Of a stretch of 64,000 nucleotides of DNA, positions 63,991 to 64,000 are shown piece by piece. Made by a program: the position numbers and the translations under genes. Under the pieces are notes generated by a model. It was not told where the DNA came from and did no database searches. It saw only the letters and a program-made list of their open reading frames with translations. The DNA comes from Dictyostelium discoideum (taxonomy: Eukaryota). Within the stretch, counting starts at the first letter, position 1; each line of letters starts with the position of its first letter. The stretch lies in the NCBI GenBank assembly GCA_000004695.1, contig CM000155.2:3520001-3584000 (forward strand), in the 5' to 3' direction.

Positions 63991-64000
63991 TTTAATTGTA

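Overview
The window reads as Dictyostelium discoideum-type nuclear DNA. It is roughly 20-25% GC, coding regions carry poly-Asn/Gln/Thr tracts, and introns are short (about 70-100 nt), more than 90% A/T, with GTAAGT/GTAATT donors and TAG acceptors. Intergenic DNA is nearly pure A/T, and two tRNA genes carry the tRNA-targeted retroelement signatures typical of this genome. The ORF track marks some 'M' starts that are really TTG codons inside open frames, so several ORFs are exons of larger genes.

Features I can support from the sequence:
- A MYRF-like membrane-bound transcription factor (mrfA-like; Ndt80 DNA-binding domain, ICA autoprocessing domain and TM segment), 2 exons.
- Exocyst Sec15 (exoc6), 2 exons.
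- An Iojap/RsfS (MALSU1-like) protein with a long low-complexity N-terminus.
- tRNA-Ile(AAU) and tRNA-Phe(GAA), each followed by an ex-B box.
- A secreted Cys-rich protein with a periodic N-glycosylation repeat.
- A probable ~4,275-aa gene built from two ORFs 46 bp apart, joined by an 82-nt intron. It combines UDP-sugar-dehydrogenase-like, ATP-grasp and GHMP-kinase-like motifs.
- A ~1,550-aa nuclear protein with an RS domain and three SAND-like (KSW) Cys-rich repeats.
- A divergent ISD11(LYRM4)/SDHAF2 gene pair.
- Two ORFs of a Dictyostelium-specific family separated by a 1-nt frameshift.
- A 3-exon secreted protein.
- Condensin subunit CAP-D2 (4 or more exons).
- A ~1.6-kb tandem segmental duplication holding a glutaminyl-cyclase pseudogene copy and an intact 3-exon glutaminyl-cyclase gene.
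- A CsaA/Trbp111-type tRNA-binding protein.
- A 5'-truncated TRE3-type non-LTR retrotransposon (APE-RT-zinc-knuckle ORF2) downstream of tRNA-Phe, and a putative TRE5-type fragment ~48 bp upstream of it.
- A dysbindin-like coiled-coil gene with a ~55-Asn run.
- NADPH-cytochrome P450 reductase.
- A partial gene at the right edge.

I found no prokaryotic-style system (CRISPR, operon). The most novel-looking item is the giant multidomain gene at 17923..30826.
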